Below, piece after piece: positions 52,481 through 62,999 of a stretch of 64,000 nt of DNA. The stretch is from Octopus bimaculoides (Eukaryota): contig NC_068992.1 in assembly GCF_001194135.2 (NCBI RefSeq), forward strand, positions 3,121,287 through 3,185,286, read 5' to 3'. Made by a program: the position numbers and the translations under genes. A model generated the notes under the pieces. The model worked only from the letters and a program-made list of their open reading frames with translations, did not search any database and was not told the DNA's origin. Position 1 is the first letter of the stretch; every line of letters starts with the position of its first letter.

Positions 52481-53482
52481 TATTGGGTTAGCAACTAATT
52501 TCCCGCCGTTTTTTTTAAATTTTGGAATTTATTTTTTTCGAGAATTCTATTTTGGAATCATTTTGGAATCTATTTTGTTTTGGTTTTTTTCTAGTTAATT
52601 TTAGTTAATTTTTGTTTATTTTCAGATCATTATAATGGAATGTCAAACGAGCATTTTCGACACCTTCTTTTTGCTTTTAATCAAGGCTCTAAGGCCAAAA
52701 AAGCTGCTCGCCACATTTGTGCTGTGTATAGAGAGGGTGCCATAGCTGAAAGAACCGCTCGTGATTGGTATGCCAAGATCAAAAATGGAAATTTTGACCT
52801 CAAAGACGCACCGAGTTCTGGCCGTCGAGTTGAGTTCGATGAAGATCGATTAAACCAACTTTTGCACGAAAATTCTCGTCAAACGACAAAGGAACTGCCA
52901 GAGAAAAGGGAATGTTCTCACACTGCTGTAGAGAAACATCTTCACTCGATGGGAAAGGTTCAGACGTATGGAGCATGGGTTCCGTATGCTTTAAGTGACA
53001 ACAACAAAAATCAACGAGCCACAATCTCCGCTGGTTTGCTTGCTCGTCACCGCTCAACTCATGGACACAAGCAACGATTTCTTTACCGAATCGTTACTGG
53101 CGACGAAAAATGGTGCCTGTACATCAATATGAAGCAGCGTAAGGAATGGCTTAGCCCCGGTAAACAAGCGACACCGCGCGTGAAACAAGATCTTCATCCG
53201 CGTAAAACGATGTTGTGTGTATGGTGGGACTGGGAAAGGATTATCCAATACGAATTGCTTGAACGGAACCAGAGGGTCAATGTAGAACTATGTTCAACAG
53301 ATGAAATGACTCAACACGGCTATTCAAGAGAAAAGACCTAATCGCCAGCAAGGAGTTTTTCTGCTGCACGACAACGCCCGCTCTCATATCGCCAATATGA
53401 CCAAGGAAGCCATTCAAACGCATGGCTGGGAAGTACTGTCACCCCCCCCCCCGCCGTACTCTTCTGATTTGGCTCTTCTGAC
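52481..53482 (+). mobile_element. mariner (DD34D-type) transposon, 3' end missing
   Basis: TA-ttgggttagcaactaatttcccgccg left end. Motifs WVPYAL, IVTGDEKW, MLCVWWD, HDNAR, then PPYSSDLAL before an abrupt junction. Confidence 0.9.
52640..53341 (+). CDS. Truncated mariner transposase ORF, 233 aa (DNA-binding domain plus first catalytic Asp; frameshift after NVEL)
   Basis: ORF track. The second catalytic motif HDNAR lies downstream in another frame (~53370). Confidence 0.6.
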   Translation: MSNEHFRHLLFAFNQGSKAKKAARHICAVYREGAIAERTARDWYAKIKNGNFDLKDAPSSGRRVEFDEDRLNQLLHENSRQTTKELPEKRECSHTAVEKHLHSMGKVQTYGAWVPYALSDNNKNQRATISAGLLARHRSTHGHKQRFLYRIVTGDEKWCLYINMKQRKEWLSPGKQATPRVKQDLHPRKTMLCVWWDWERIIQYELLERNQRVNVELCSTDEMTQHGYSREKT

Positions 53483-53483
53483 T

Positions 53484-53665
53484 TAGAAAATACAGGGGTA
53501 CCAGTTATTTAGGGTTTTATTCAACATGTTTCCCTCTCAGACTCACTCACTTATTGCAGCGGTCCTCCAGTTTTTCTAAGCCCTGTAAAAGAATACAGAA
53601 GGTTGGGCCTCTACCGGGCCTTCCGCGATATCTTTAAAGCCAGGAACTTTTCAGCACCCCTGGTA
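53484..53665 (-). mobile_element. mariner-derived MITE, one TIR retained
   Basis: Minus: ta-ccaggggtgctgaaaagttcctggcttt TIR, then LLQGLEKLEDRCNK*VSLRGKHVE* (mariner C-terminus). Confidence 0.75.
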
Positions 53666-53714
53666 TATGGAGAGAGGGGGGAGAGAAAGAAATAGATAGT
53701 CTCCCTTATATGTA

Positions 53715-53789
<75 letters not shown>

Positions 53790-55201
53790 TCATATACGTA
53801 TATCAAAGTGTGGGTGAGTCTGCCTTTCTCTGGAAATAGATATATATTTGGCAATGAAAATTCTACTTGTATAGAAAATCATTAAAATTTTACTCCCACC
53901 TATAGTTTATGATCATCTTTATCAACAAATTTGTAAGTCTTTGAAAGTTCATATATGACCGATAAAAGAAAAGAAATCAGACAAGTGTATCAAATTTTCG
54001 CAACAACAATACAAAAATTTTATAGCCGCCTGATAATATCAATCCAATTTGGTCCGAATTTATGGTAAATCTTCTGTGTATTAGTTACGCTTTCCTCATT
54101 TGACAGAACTTCTAAGCAGAGATCTATTGAATACATTTCTACCTATTTCTTAGAACTAAACAAAACATTTACTTCTGATCTTTCCGTTTCTCCAATTAGC
54201 ATTTTTGTAGATCAAAGAAAACATTTTTTTAAACTTCTTATAAAGATAAAAGTTACGAGCTTGAAATTTGCAAAAATCAATTAAGAACATTCCAAGCATT
54301 TGGCAGTAATCTCCCAAAGTAAGAAAGTGGCTTCGTTTAACGCGTCTTTTGACATTTTTGCGCTGGTACATAGAAACGACATTGTCTTGTAACAAATTAT
54401 AACTGTCCCAGATATCGTGTTATATTAACGTTTCCCATTTCTATTTTAAACAGGTTTTGTTGTAAGTTTTAGTGATGGATATTTCGTCGGTCTCGACGAT
54501 GAGTATCTGGTTGTTTGACCGACTAAATTGCTACTCAAGAAATTAATCCATAACGAAATGAGTATTTTACAGACTTGGACAATTAAAGTAATTATCATTC
54601 CACGATCAGCACAATACCGGAATGAAAGTGAACCTTTGAATTATCGGTAAAACCCGGAGAAAACTTTTGCCCCTAATACTACAAGAACTAGGGAACAATT
54701 CTTCACGATCTCTTTCTTCCTGGATTGGACCTATGTCGTCAAAATTTCAACAATGTATTTCAAAATGATATGTTTCGAAATGATATGCATAGTTAGATTG
54801 TGGTAACACTTTAACTCAGAACGCAGCGAACAGAACGAGTATCGAAAGGCATTTTAGTCAATGATCTATCGATTCTACAAGTTTACTTCTTCGTAAACTC
54901 TTGGTTCGATAATGATACGAGTGAGTGGTCTAATGCGGGTCTTGTATTAGTATCATGCATATATATATTAGAATGAGATAACAAAAACAAGGCTGCGAGG
55001 AGTTTTCAGGACATTTATAATGAAATAGTAATACAGCTGAGACGGTGTGAGAAAATATTTGAGTTCGAATTATTGTGGAAAAGGAGGAGATATAGAATAT
55101 AGAGGGAAATAAGAGAATGAAATTAGAAATAAGATATATAAAGATATTGTAGTTGCAGTTATATATATATATACATACAAGTTAATCTTTAAGGAGAATA
55201 G

Positions 55202-55287
55202 TATTGACTTCGAAGTTTCGGCCAGCTTAGCCATCTTCGGACGGTCCGAAGATGGCTTAGCTGGCCGAAACTTCAGTTATCGTCAAT
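55202..55287. ncRNA. Palindromic double-hammerhead-like element (30-bp stem with one mismatch, 3-nt loop)
   Basis: 55212-55241 pairs with 55245-55274 at 29/30. Plus: gacggt CCGAAGA t ggc ttagctg gcc GAAA cttcag TT atcgtc. Minus: gaccgt CCGAAGA t ggc taagctg gcc GAAA cttcgaag TC aatac. Confidence 0.6.
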
Positions 55288-55502
55288 GTGTGTGTGTGTT
55301 TAAAAGCAGATATTTGCTAGTCATGGCGATTGGTAGAGACAGAGCATAAGAGTTATAAACAGTCGGCCTGGGTGAGGGGAGGTAATCTGCTGCATATTAA
55401 ATGTAACGATATGCTCAGCCAAATAATATCGTCTTTTTAATGTGAATGAACATTTCGTTGTATAAATTTTCTTGAATGTGCTAAAACGAATAAATGTGAT
55501 TC

Positions 55503-55534
<32 letters not shown>

Positions 55535-56334
55535 CGTACATCTTCAGTACATTCCCTTCTACCTAAATTACTGAAATAAATTTACTTCATTCAGTTCACA
55601 TGGTATATTTTGCTTGGATATGAGGAATACATTGCGATCTTAATGAAGTCTTTATTGTTGTAAATGTGTAAATGTAAGTCTCAAGTTTATGAAACACTTA
55701 TCGATATAAATTGAGTTTTTCTTTAAATTGATTAGTGAATAAGTAAAAAATAAAATGACACGATAATTTCATATCTTCTAACAGAATTATTTATTTTTTG
55801 AAACTGGGGTTGAATATCGATGATAGTTAGCATATGTCATTATCCTCAATGCTTGCATTCAAAGAACAAATGTTTTTTAGGGTTTTTTTTTCTATGTAGA
55901 TGCTTGAAAGCAGCGGATAATTAAACGTGTTAGTTACATGAAAAATAACTCTCTGTGTCTAAGTTAAACCAACGCGTCTATTTCAGATTCTTGTATATTT
56001 TATATATGAGTTAATAAGAGGAGGCGGTTGCATGACGTTTGATGTACTTGAAGTTCTTTTTGAACATTTGTAGGTCGAGAGATCCAGACGAATTTGGTCA
56101 GGAAATAATATCAAGTATTATTATTATTGGAAGGAGAAACGGTTAAACGTATAATTGAATACCGTCAGATATGTAATAGAATAAACTTGCTTTTCAAATG
56201 ATTTCAATGAATGACAAAGCGATATACTCTGGGTTAGGTGAATCCTCACAAAGTGGGAGATTAAGCCAAAATTTACCGGATAAAGTTATCATTGAGAACA
56301 TTATAAAGAGACACAATTAGAGTAATGATCATCA

Positions 56335-56463
56335 TTTCTATTATAGGCACAAGGTTTAAAATTTTGGGAGAGAGGTACTTATTTGATTGACACCGATAAG
56401 ATGAAGGCAGTGTTGACCCCGGGGGAAATCTGAACTCAGAATGTACTGCCAAGCATTTTAGCC
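56335..56463 (-). mobile_element. Decayed SINE family B
   Basis: ggcacaagg..aaattttggg..ggtacttattt..gatgaaggca..tgaactcagaa..aagcattt. Confidence 0.6.
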
Positions 56464-56509
56464 AAAGTACTAATGTTTCTGCCAGCTCGTCGTCTTGACG
56501 GCAACAAGT

Positions 56510-56540
<31 letters not shown>

Positions 56541-56541
56541 G

Positions 56542-56787
56542 GATTGGGATGTTAACCGAGAGTTTGGCTTCAAAACAACAGAAAAGTGACATGAGCACTA
56601 ACCAGAAAATGATAATTACAAGACTTTGTGGGATTTCCCCGTAAAAGCTGACCATATCGTTGAAGCAAGAAGACCAGATATGATCATAGAAGACAAAATA
56701 AACAAACAATGTAATATCATAGATTCTGCAATTCCCTATGATAGCAGAGTCAATACAAAGGAAATCGGAAAAAAATGAGCAACATAG

Positions 56788-56790
<3 letters not shown>
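56542..56790 (+). pseudogene. R4/Dong restriction-like endonuclease domain fragment
   Basis: LWDFPVKADHIVEARRPDMIIEDKINKQCNIIDSAIPYDSRVNTKEIGK matches the RLE pattern RPD..(D)..KE..K. Directly follows (GAT)n. Confidence 0.8.
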
Positions 56791-56830
<40 letters not shown>

Positions 56831-57715
56831 GTGATAATATCCTTGGTGTTCCCGATAAGTCAAGTTTACGAGGACCGAGTGTGCGTCTATTTCTTCTGGC
56901 GATTACATAAACACTTGAAAGTGTCAAACAATGGAGCATTCAACCAAATCCTCCACGATTCCGAGTGACAGCCATATTTTATGATTCTTAACAGTCATTT
57001 ATCACGTGGACGTTTCTCTCTAATCTCGATATTTAATTCAGCATCCAAGCAAAAGCAAGATTATAATTCATTATCGCGACATTTGGCGTATAATTCACTA
57101 CGTTCTTAATTTGAGAATTTAGCTGAATTCTTAATTCATTTTCTACGCTTCAATTTGCTTTGGTGCAGTTTTTCCAATCTGGATTTGACATCCTGTTTTC
57201 TAAATGGATCTGTGTAATGTCTATATGTATGTGTGTGTAATACTATATGTATGTGTGTGTGTATGAAGAAAAACCGTTGAGTTGACTACATCTGTTGACG
57301 TGCGATATTGTTAGCAACGGTAAGAAGGATAAAGAAAAAGATAAGACAGAGACTAAGACAGAGCGAGAGAGAAAGAGAGCGGAGAATGAAAAAGGCAAGA
57401 GAACAAGTGAGGTTGAGACAGAGTTGGATAGACGGAATGGATTAGCTGATTTTATGACATCAACGCTTGTTTGTTCATTATTCCTAGTTTACAACTTCAT
57501 GTCATCCTTATAAATAAGATGTTTGTATGTCCAGCAACAATATCTATAATTACTTCCAGTCTAGTTTAACTCGTTATTTAAAGGTGCTAACTTCAGGCAA
57601 ATAGGAAATAAATACAGCGCAATGTTTTAATAAAGACTGGGTTTGATTTAATAATTCTTTAGTTTGTTTGTATCAGTAGAATCGTTTAACATTATCTCAC
57701 AAGGCGTTTAATATT

Positions 57716-57913
57716 CTTTTCTACTCAAACCACAAGGCCCGAAATTTGTTGGGAGGGAGCTATTCGATTAAGCCGACCCCAGTATGCAACTGTTACTTAA
57801 TTTATCGACCCTGAAAGGATGAAAGGTAAAGTCGACCTCGACGGAATTTTAACTCAGAACGTAAAGACAGACGAAATACCGCTAAGCATTCCGCCCGTCG
57901 TGCTAACGTTTCT
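57716..57913 (-). mobile_element. SINE family B lacking ~16 nt of head
   Basis: Tail ttctactcaaaccacaagg; ends at gtgctaacgtttct. Confidence 0.85.
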
Positions 57914-58146
57914 TATTTCTTTATTGCCCACAAGGGGCTAAACATAGAGGGGACAAACAAGGACAGACAAAGGGATTAATTCGATTAGATCGACCTCAGT
58001 ACGTAACTGGTACTTATTTAATCGACCCTGAAAGGATGAAAGGCAAAGTAGACCTCGGCGGAATTTGAACTCAGAACGTAGCAGTAGACGAAATACCGCT
58101 AAGCATTTCGCCCGGCGTGCTAACGTTTCTGCCAGCTCGCCGCCTT
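57909..58146 (-). mobile_element. SINE family B, alternative tail (tttcttatttctttattgcccacaaggggc), full head
   Basis: Shares core and head with the other copies; ends gccagctcgccgcctt. Confidence 0.85.
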
Positions 58147-58913
58147 ACAAAGCATTTAATATTACCTTTATAATGCCACGTTTCCAGAGTTCACCTGAAG
58201 AGCTGAGCATCAAAATCTTTCTGGTCTTCAGCTTACGTCTTGGCACATTCTTCTTCGCCGCCTGCTCCATTAGCTATTACTTTGTCCTATTAAGCGATCT
58301 TTACAGTCATATGAACCGTTTGAAAATGTATATTTTAATAGTTTGCTTTAGCGTATATATCTCCACATATAATTCAACTTACGCAGTTTAACATTCTCAT
58401 TTAACTACATCACTAAATTCATTTACACGTACAGGTTCACATCTGACCGCTTCCTGACCTTTTTTCGTTTAATCTTGTATTTATTTTTTTAGTCATTCAT
58501 CGCTGTTTTACATTTCTTAATTTTCTATTTACTATTAATAAATGTATAATTAATTCTTGATCAGCTGTTAAGGAATGTTGCCAAATTCTAACAGCAGCAG
58601 CAGCAGAGGCCAGATTTACTCTTACTGAAGACGTTTACTGATGGCAATGAGACCATCTACATTGTTATTGTCACGCATCATCGCTATTAGCACTATTATA
58701 TAATATAATTAGTAGCAATAGTAATTGCTACTAATTATATCACTACCCTCACGTCCCCTATTTACAACACTGCCAACTCATCGTTACACTCACTCGTAAT
58801 CCCCACTTGCTTCCATATTTCTCTGCCCATCTGTGTCTATTTGCTTCCGGTATCAATGCAGTGGTCTCAGTAATAGAAGTCATGATGGTAATATTGGTGA
58901 GGATGGTAATAAT

Positions 58914-59128
58914 AGTTTCAAATTATAGCACAAGGCCAGCAATTTTCGGGGGAGGACGTAAATCGATTACATCGACCTTAGTGCTCTACTGGTACTTAAT
59001 TTATCGATCCCGAGAGGATGAAAGGCAACGTGGACCTTGGTAGTATTCGATCTCAGAACATAAAGACGGACAAAATTCCGCTAAGCATTTTGCCCGGCGT
59101 GCTAGTGATTCTGCCAGCTCACCGCCTT
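58914..59128 (-). mobile_element. SINE family B, full length
   Basis: agcacaaggccagcaatttt through gattctgccagctcaccgcctt. Confidence 0.9.
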
Positions 59129-59190
59129 CGGTGGGGAAAGGCAATAATAATGGTAATAATGATAGTAGCAGCAGCAGCAATAATAATAAT

Positions 59191-59760
59191 TGGAGTGAAT
59201 GAGATTCTCGTCGTGCAAGACAGTCGTAGCGAAGGCAATCAGTCAAGGAGTCGGGAAGCCTGATATAAAGTCACCACAGGGGAAACTTAGTAAAGTAGCA
59301 AATCTTCATTTGCTTAAAAGGTTAACCGACTGTTACGACATAATTAGGAAGAAAATACAAATGATCCCGGAGGGGCTGACCAATGGTAACACTTTCTCGT
59401 TCTACAAACATGATGAAACAAAAATCCCTAAAAACGACGGATCCATAACATGCCTTACAACAATGCACGATATTCTTACATCCGTCCTAATGAAACGCAC
59501 GTATACTTTGTTCATTAACTACACAATTTTCCCTGATGAACAAAGATAGTGGAAATGAGGTCATATAGATGTAGGGATCAACTGTTAATTAACATGAGGA
59601 TTCTTGATGATTGTCACAAAAGACAGCAAAATCTTTCAATGGCCTGGATAGACTTTAGTTTTTAACAGTCTTGCCCACAGCTTTATAGAGAAATGCGTAG
59701 AGATACTCAAAATTTCAATAACAATCAAGAACATTTTCAATTCTAGTCATGAAGAACGAC
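59191..59760 (+). pseudogene. R4/Dong-clade RT N-terminal fragment (different subfamily from 46.6 kb)
   Basis: IPEGLTNGNT; PKNDGSITCLTTMHDILT; IFPDEQ; NLSMAWIDF. Confidence 0.8.
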
Positions 59761-59905
59761 AGTAATTCTCAACACGGACACTACAGAAAGAGCCTTAAGA
59801 TTTGAGAAAACTTGTTGTTGGCAAGCCTCAAGAGAACACCTCAGCTTTCTAATGTTTCATGTGAAAATTTTAATTGAAAGTGTTATACATAGATAGATAG
59901 ATACA

Positions 59906-59939
<34 letters not shown>

Positions 59940-60078
59940 CACACACTGTTATTGATGTTGAAATTCCAATGAAGGAGCTTTGAATCTAGGTTAGAAACCG
60001 GTTCTTTCTCATTGGCAAGAAATCTTGAAATAAAACTGAATAATGACATACATACATACATGCATGCATACAAATACA

Positions 60079-60131
<53 letters not shown>

Positions 60132-60249
60132 ATATATGTATATAAATGTTTAACTTGTACATTTACAGAGAGAGACAAAGAAAGAAAGAAAGAATAAATG
60201 AATGAAAGCAGTTTGGTAAGTGTGTAATTTTTAACAATTCCAAATCTTG

Positions 60250-60900
60250 TAACACTTGAACTCTTTTACCATTCACTTTATAAATTTAGAATTCTATTCT
60301 TTTTAGAAATCACGATTTGTAGACAATTTTCCAAAAATATGCTGCAACATATTAAGTTTCTAATAAAATCCCCTCACAAATTTTTGAAAGAATTTTTTTT
60401 TACTTCAATAATATCAAAAGAGGAACAAAAGCCATGTGTAGAATGAGAAATAAAATGTTCAGCTCTTCGGGTAATTTCATGGATAAATGGGAATGTTAAA
60501 TATAATTACTTCTTATAATAAATGCATTATTTCTTTAAACATGAAACTCTGCGGGTCACCACTGCAAATACCAACACCATCTATACAAACACAGTTATAC
60601 CACACAGCATGTACACTGACTCGTTTTGTTTTATAATAGTGTCTCCATTTACAATTAATCGTAGATTTTTCTTGAGATTCATCAACTTGATTATATCTTA
60701 GTAAATATACATTCAGATCTTTGAATAATTTGTTAAAATGGTGTATTGTGTACAAAGGAAAGCTTTATGGAGGAAGGCTGCATTGCAAACATATCGTCTG
60801 CGAAGTAAATCTCTCCACTTTAACGCACAATCAGTTTGCAGAAGATTCATCACGTATCTCCACACCAGCTCACACTAAATAACAATTATATAAATTATTG
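60250..60900 (-). pseudogene. Decayed hAT/Charlie-type transposase fragment
   Basis: Minus: QVDES (resembles QLDEST); WYNCVCIDGVGICSG (resembles W.NCVGICTDGA..M.G); FIHE; FLENCLQIVISKKNRILN, in the expected order. Confidence 0.5.
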
Positions 60901-61157
60901 TCGAAAGGAGAGAGTATAAATATAATTTAACCAAATTATTTTTTAAATTATCCGCTATTGTTCTAATAGCAGTTTCTCAGCAGGAACCAGTAAAATATTG
61001 AGAAAATAAACACATCTCTATCTTATTTGAACGGCTTTGCTTAGTAACAACATCCATTCAACATTTAATGATTCCAGACATATATGGACATCGGTCAGTT
61101 AGCTGGGTGACCTTGTATGTTTTCTGAGCTTGTACATTAAGCGTTGTGTGTTTCAAT

Positions 61158-61379
61158 AACGTTTTGCTACAGGTTTTAGGACGCATTCGATTTTAACGTT
61201 TTGCTACAGGTTTTAGGACGAATTCGATTTTAACGTTTTGCTACAGGTTTTAGGACGCATTCGATTTTAACGTTTTGCTACAGGTTTTAGGACGCATTCG
61301 ATTTTAACGTTTTGCCACAGGTTTTAGGACGCATTCGATTTTAACGTTTTGCTACAGGTTTTAGGACGCATTCGATTTT
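61158..61379. repeat. Tandem array of six 37-bp units aacgttttgctacaggttttaggacgcattcgatttt
   Basis: Units start at 61158, 61195, 61232, 61269, 61306 and 61343; only 2 substitutions seen in total. Confidence 0.95.
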
Positions 61380-61492
61380 AAATTCATATAGTCGTCTCCA
61401 GGAATTATAACAAAGTTACGACTAGAAACATTACATCTAATTATACATCAGCATAGATTCTATATATTGCTTATAATAGTTAGTTGATGTTT

Positions 61493-61695
61493 AAGGCTGT
61501 GAACTCTCAGAATCGTTAGCGCATCGGGTAAAATACGTCCCTTTTTGAACGTTCAGAATTCAACTTCCACCGAGGTCGACTTTACCGTTCATCATATCGG
61601 CGTCGATAAAGTGAGTACCAGTTGAACACTGGAGTCGATGCAATCGTCTTACTCACTCCTCTGAAAGTGCTGGCCTTGTACTAAAATTTGAAATT
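61493..61695 (+). mobile_element. SINE family B, diverged
   Basis: aaggctgtgaactctcagaatcgttagc..cgaggtcgacttt..gtcgataaagtgagtaccagttg..ggccttgtactaaaatttgaaa. Confidence 0.8.
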
Positions 61696-61816
61696 AATAT
61701 TTCGTTGTTGTTACAAACGGAGAGGCTTTCAAAAATTATGGTAAATCTGACATTTCTAACATATTGCAAAATATTTTCTATCGATCTTCTGGAATTAGTA
61801 TCCTCTAATTAAACCA

Positions 61817-62015
61817 TTTTATTCTTTTATTCGTTTCTGTCATCTGACTACGGCTATGCTGGAGCACCGCCTTTTTGTCGAAGAAATCGACCCCGGGGCC
61901 AATTCTTTGTAAACTCGGTACTTATTCTATCGCTAAGTTACGGGGACATAAACACACCAACAGCGGTTGTCAAATGATAGTGAGGTGGGAAACGACAAAC
62001 ACAGACACAATGACA
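61817..62015 (-). mobile_element. SINE family A 3' half
   Basis: ggctatgctggagcaccgcc..ggtacttattctatc..ctaagttacggggacataaacacacc. Confidence 0.8.
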
Positions 62016-62999
62016 CGCGCATAAATATATAAGTTCATCCAGCTTACATCCAATACAACCTACAATTACTGACATGTATTTTCTCAAAAGGCGAGAATTC
62101 TTCTCTCGTTCTTGTGAGAATACGAAGCCCTAATCTCGCTTAAATTAACAAACTCTGAGCCTCTTCACTTTATTTGTCTCCCCTCCCTCCACTCGCGTTG
62201 ACTGTTACTAAAGTTCTAGACATTTACTCCGTTTACCAGAATCGTCTCCCTTGCGACCTGTGCATGCGCAGTATTCTCATAAAACAAAGAGCTAGTAAGA
62301 GTTATATGGACTGGCTTTCTTGCCCAAATTATATAAAAACGAAAGTATATATAAAGTATATAAACGAAAGTATAGAAGATACTAATTAAGTCTTGAATTA
62401 TGAAAAAGTGGTGAATTTCCTCTGTCTTAAGATACTGTAATTTAAAACTAATTACCTAATATAAATGTATGATGGCAGTTAATTTTCCTTATAAAAACCG
62501 GAAAGAGAGAAGATAGGAAAGGAAAATGTGTGCTGTCATTTATCATAATAAATGAAGTATTTAGGTATGTTGCTACTGAGTAGAAGTGCGTTGGGTAGGT
62601 GGTAGGAAAATGCTGGAAGTGCGCTCAAGTGAAGAGTAGACAACAGTGGAGTCGGTGTACGCATTGATTAGCATGAATGTAAGTGAATCCTACACAGCAA
62701 TGCGTGTGTGTGTGTTAGCGAAGAGGTCGGGCAGTGCGCATGTCCGAGCATCGGTATGCATGAGAGATGGTAAAAGGAGATGAGAAGCGAACAGAGGAAA
62801 TCTATAGCGTTGATAGGAAAAAGAAAGGAAGTGCTCAGTTTAAAAAGATCAGTACTCCTTTGCGAAGGAATCTAATGAAAGGAGCCTTATAGCGTTGGTG
62901 TAAACTAAACTCATGAAGAGAGTGGGTGGAGTAACCCACGAACTTCAAATGATGTACAAAGGATAACGGGTTTCGGAATTGTTGTGGCGTACTTAAAGT

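Noticed and set aside
58190-58245. CTGAAGA gctga..tcagc followed by acgtc
   Set aside because: The GAAA element is missing, so a hammerhead cannot be supported.
61150-61381. CRISPR-like appearance (37-bp repeats; gtttcaat at the left edge)
   Set aside because: The units are contiguous with no spacers, there are no cas genes, and the context is eukaryotic.
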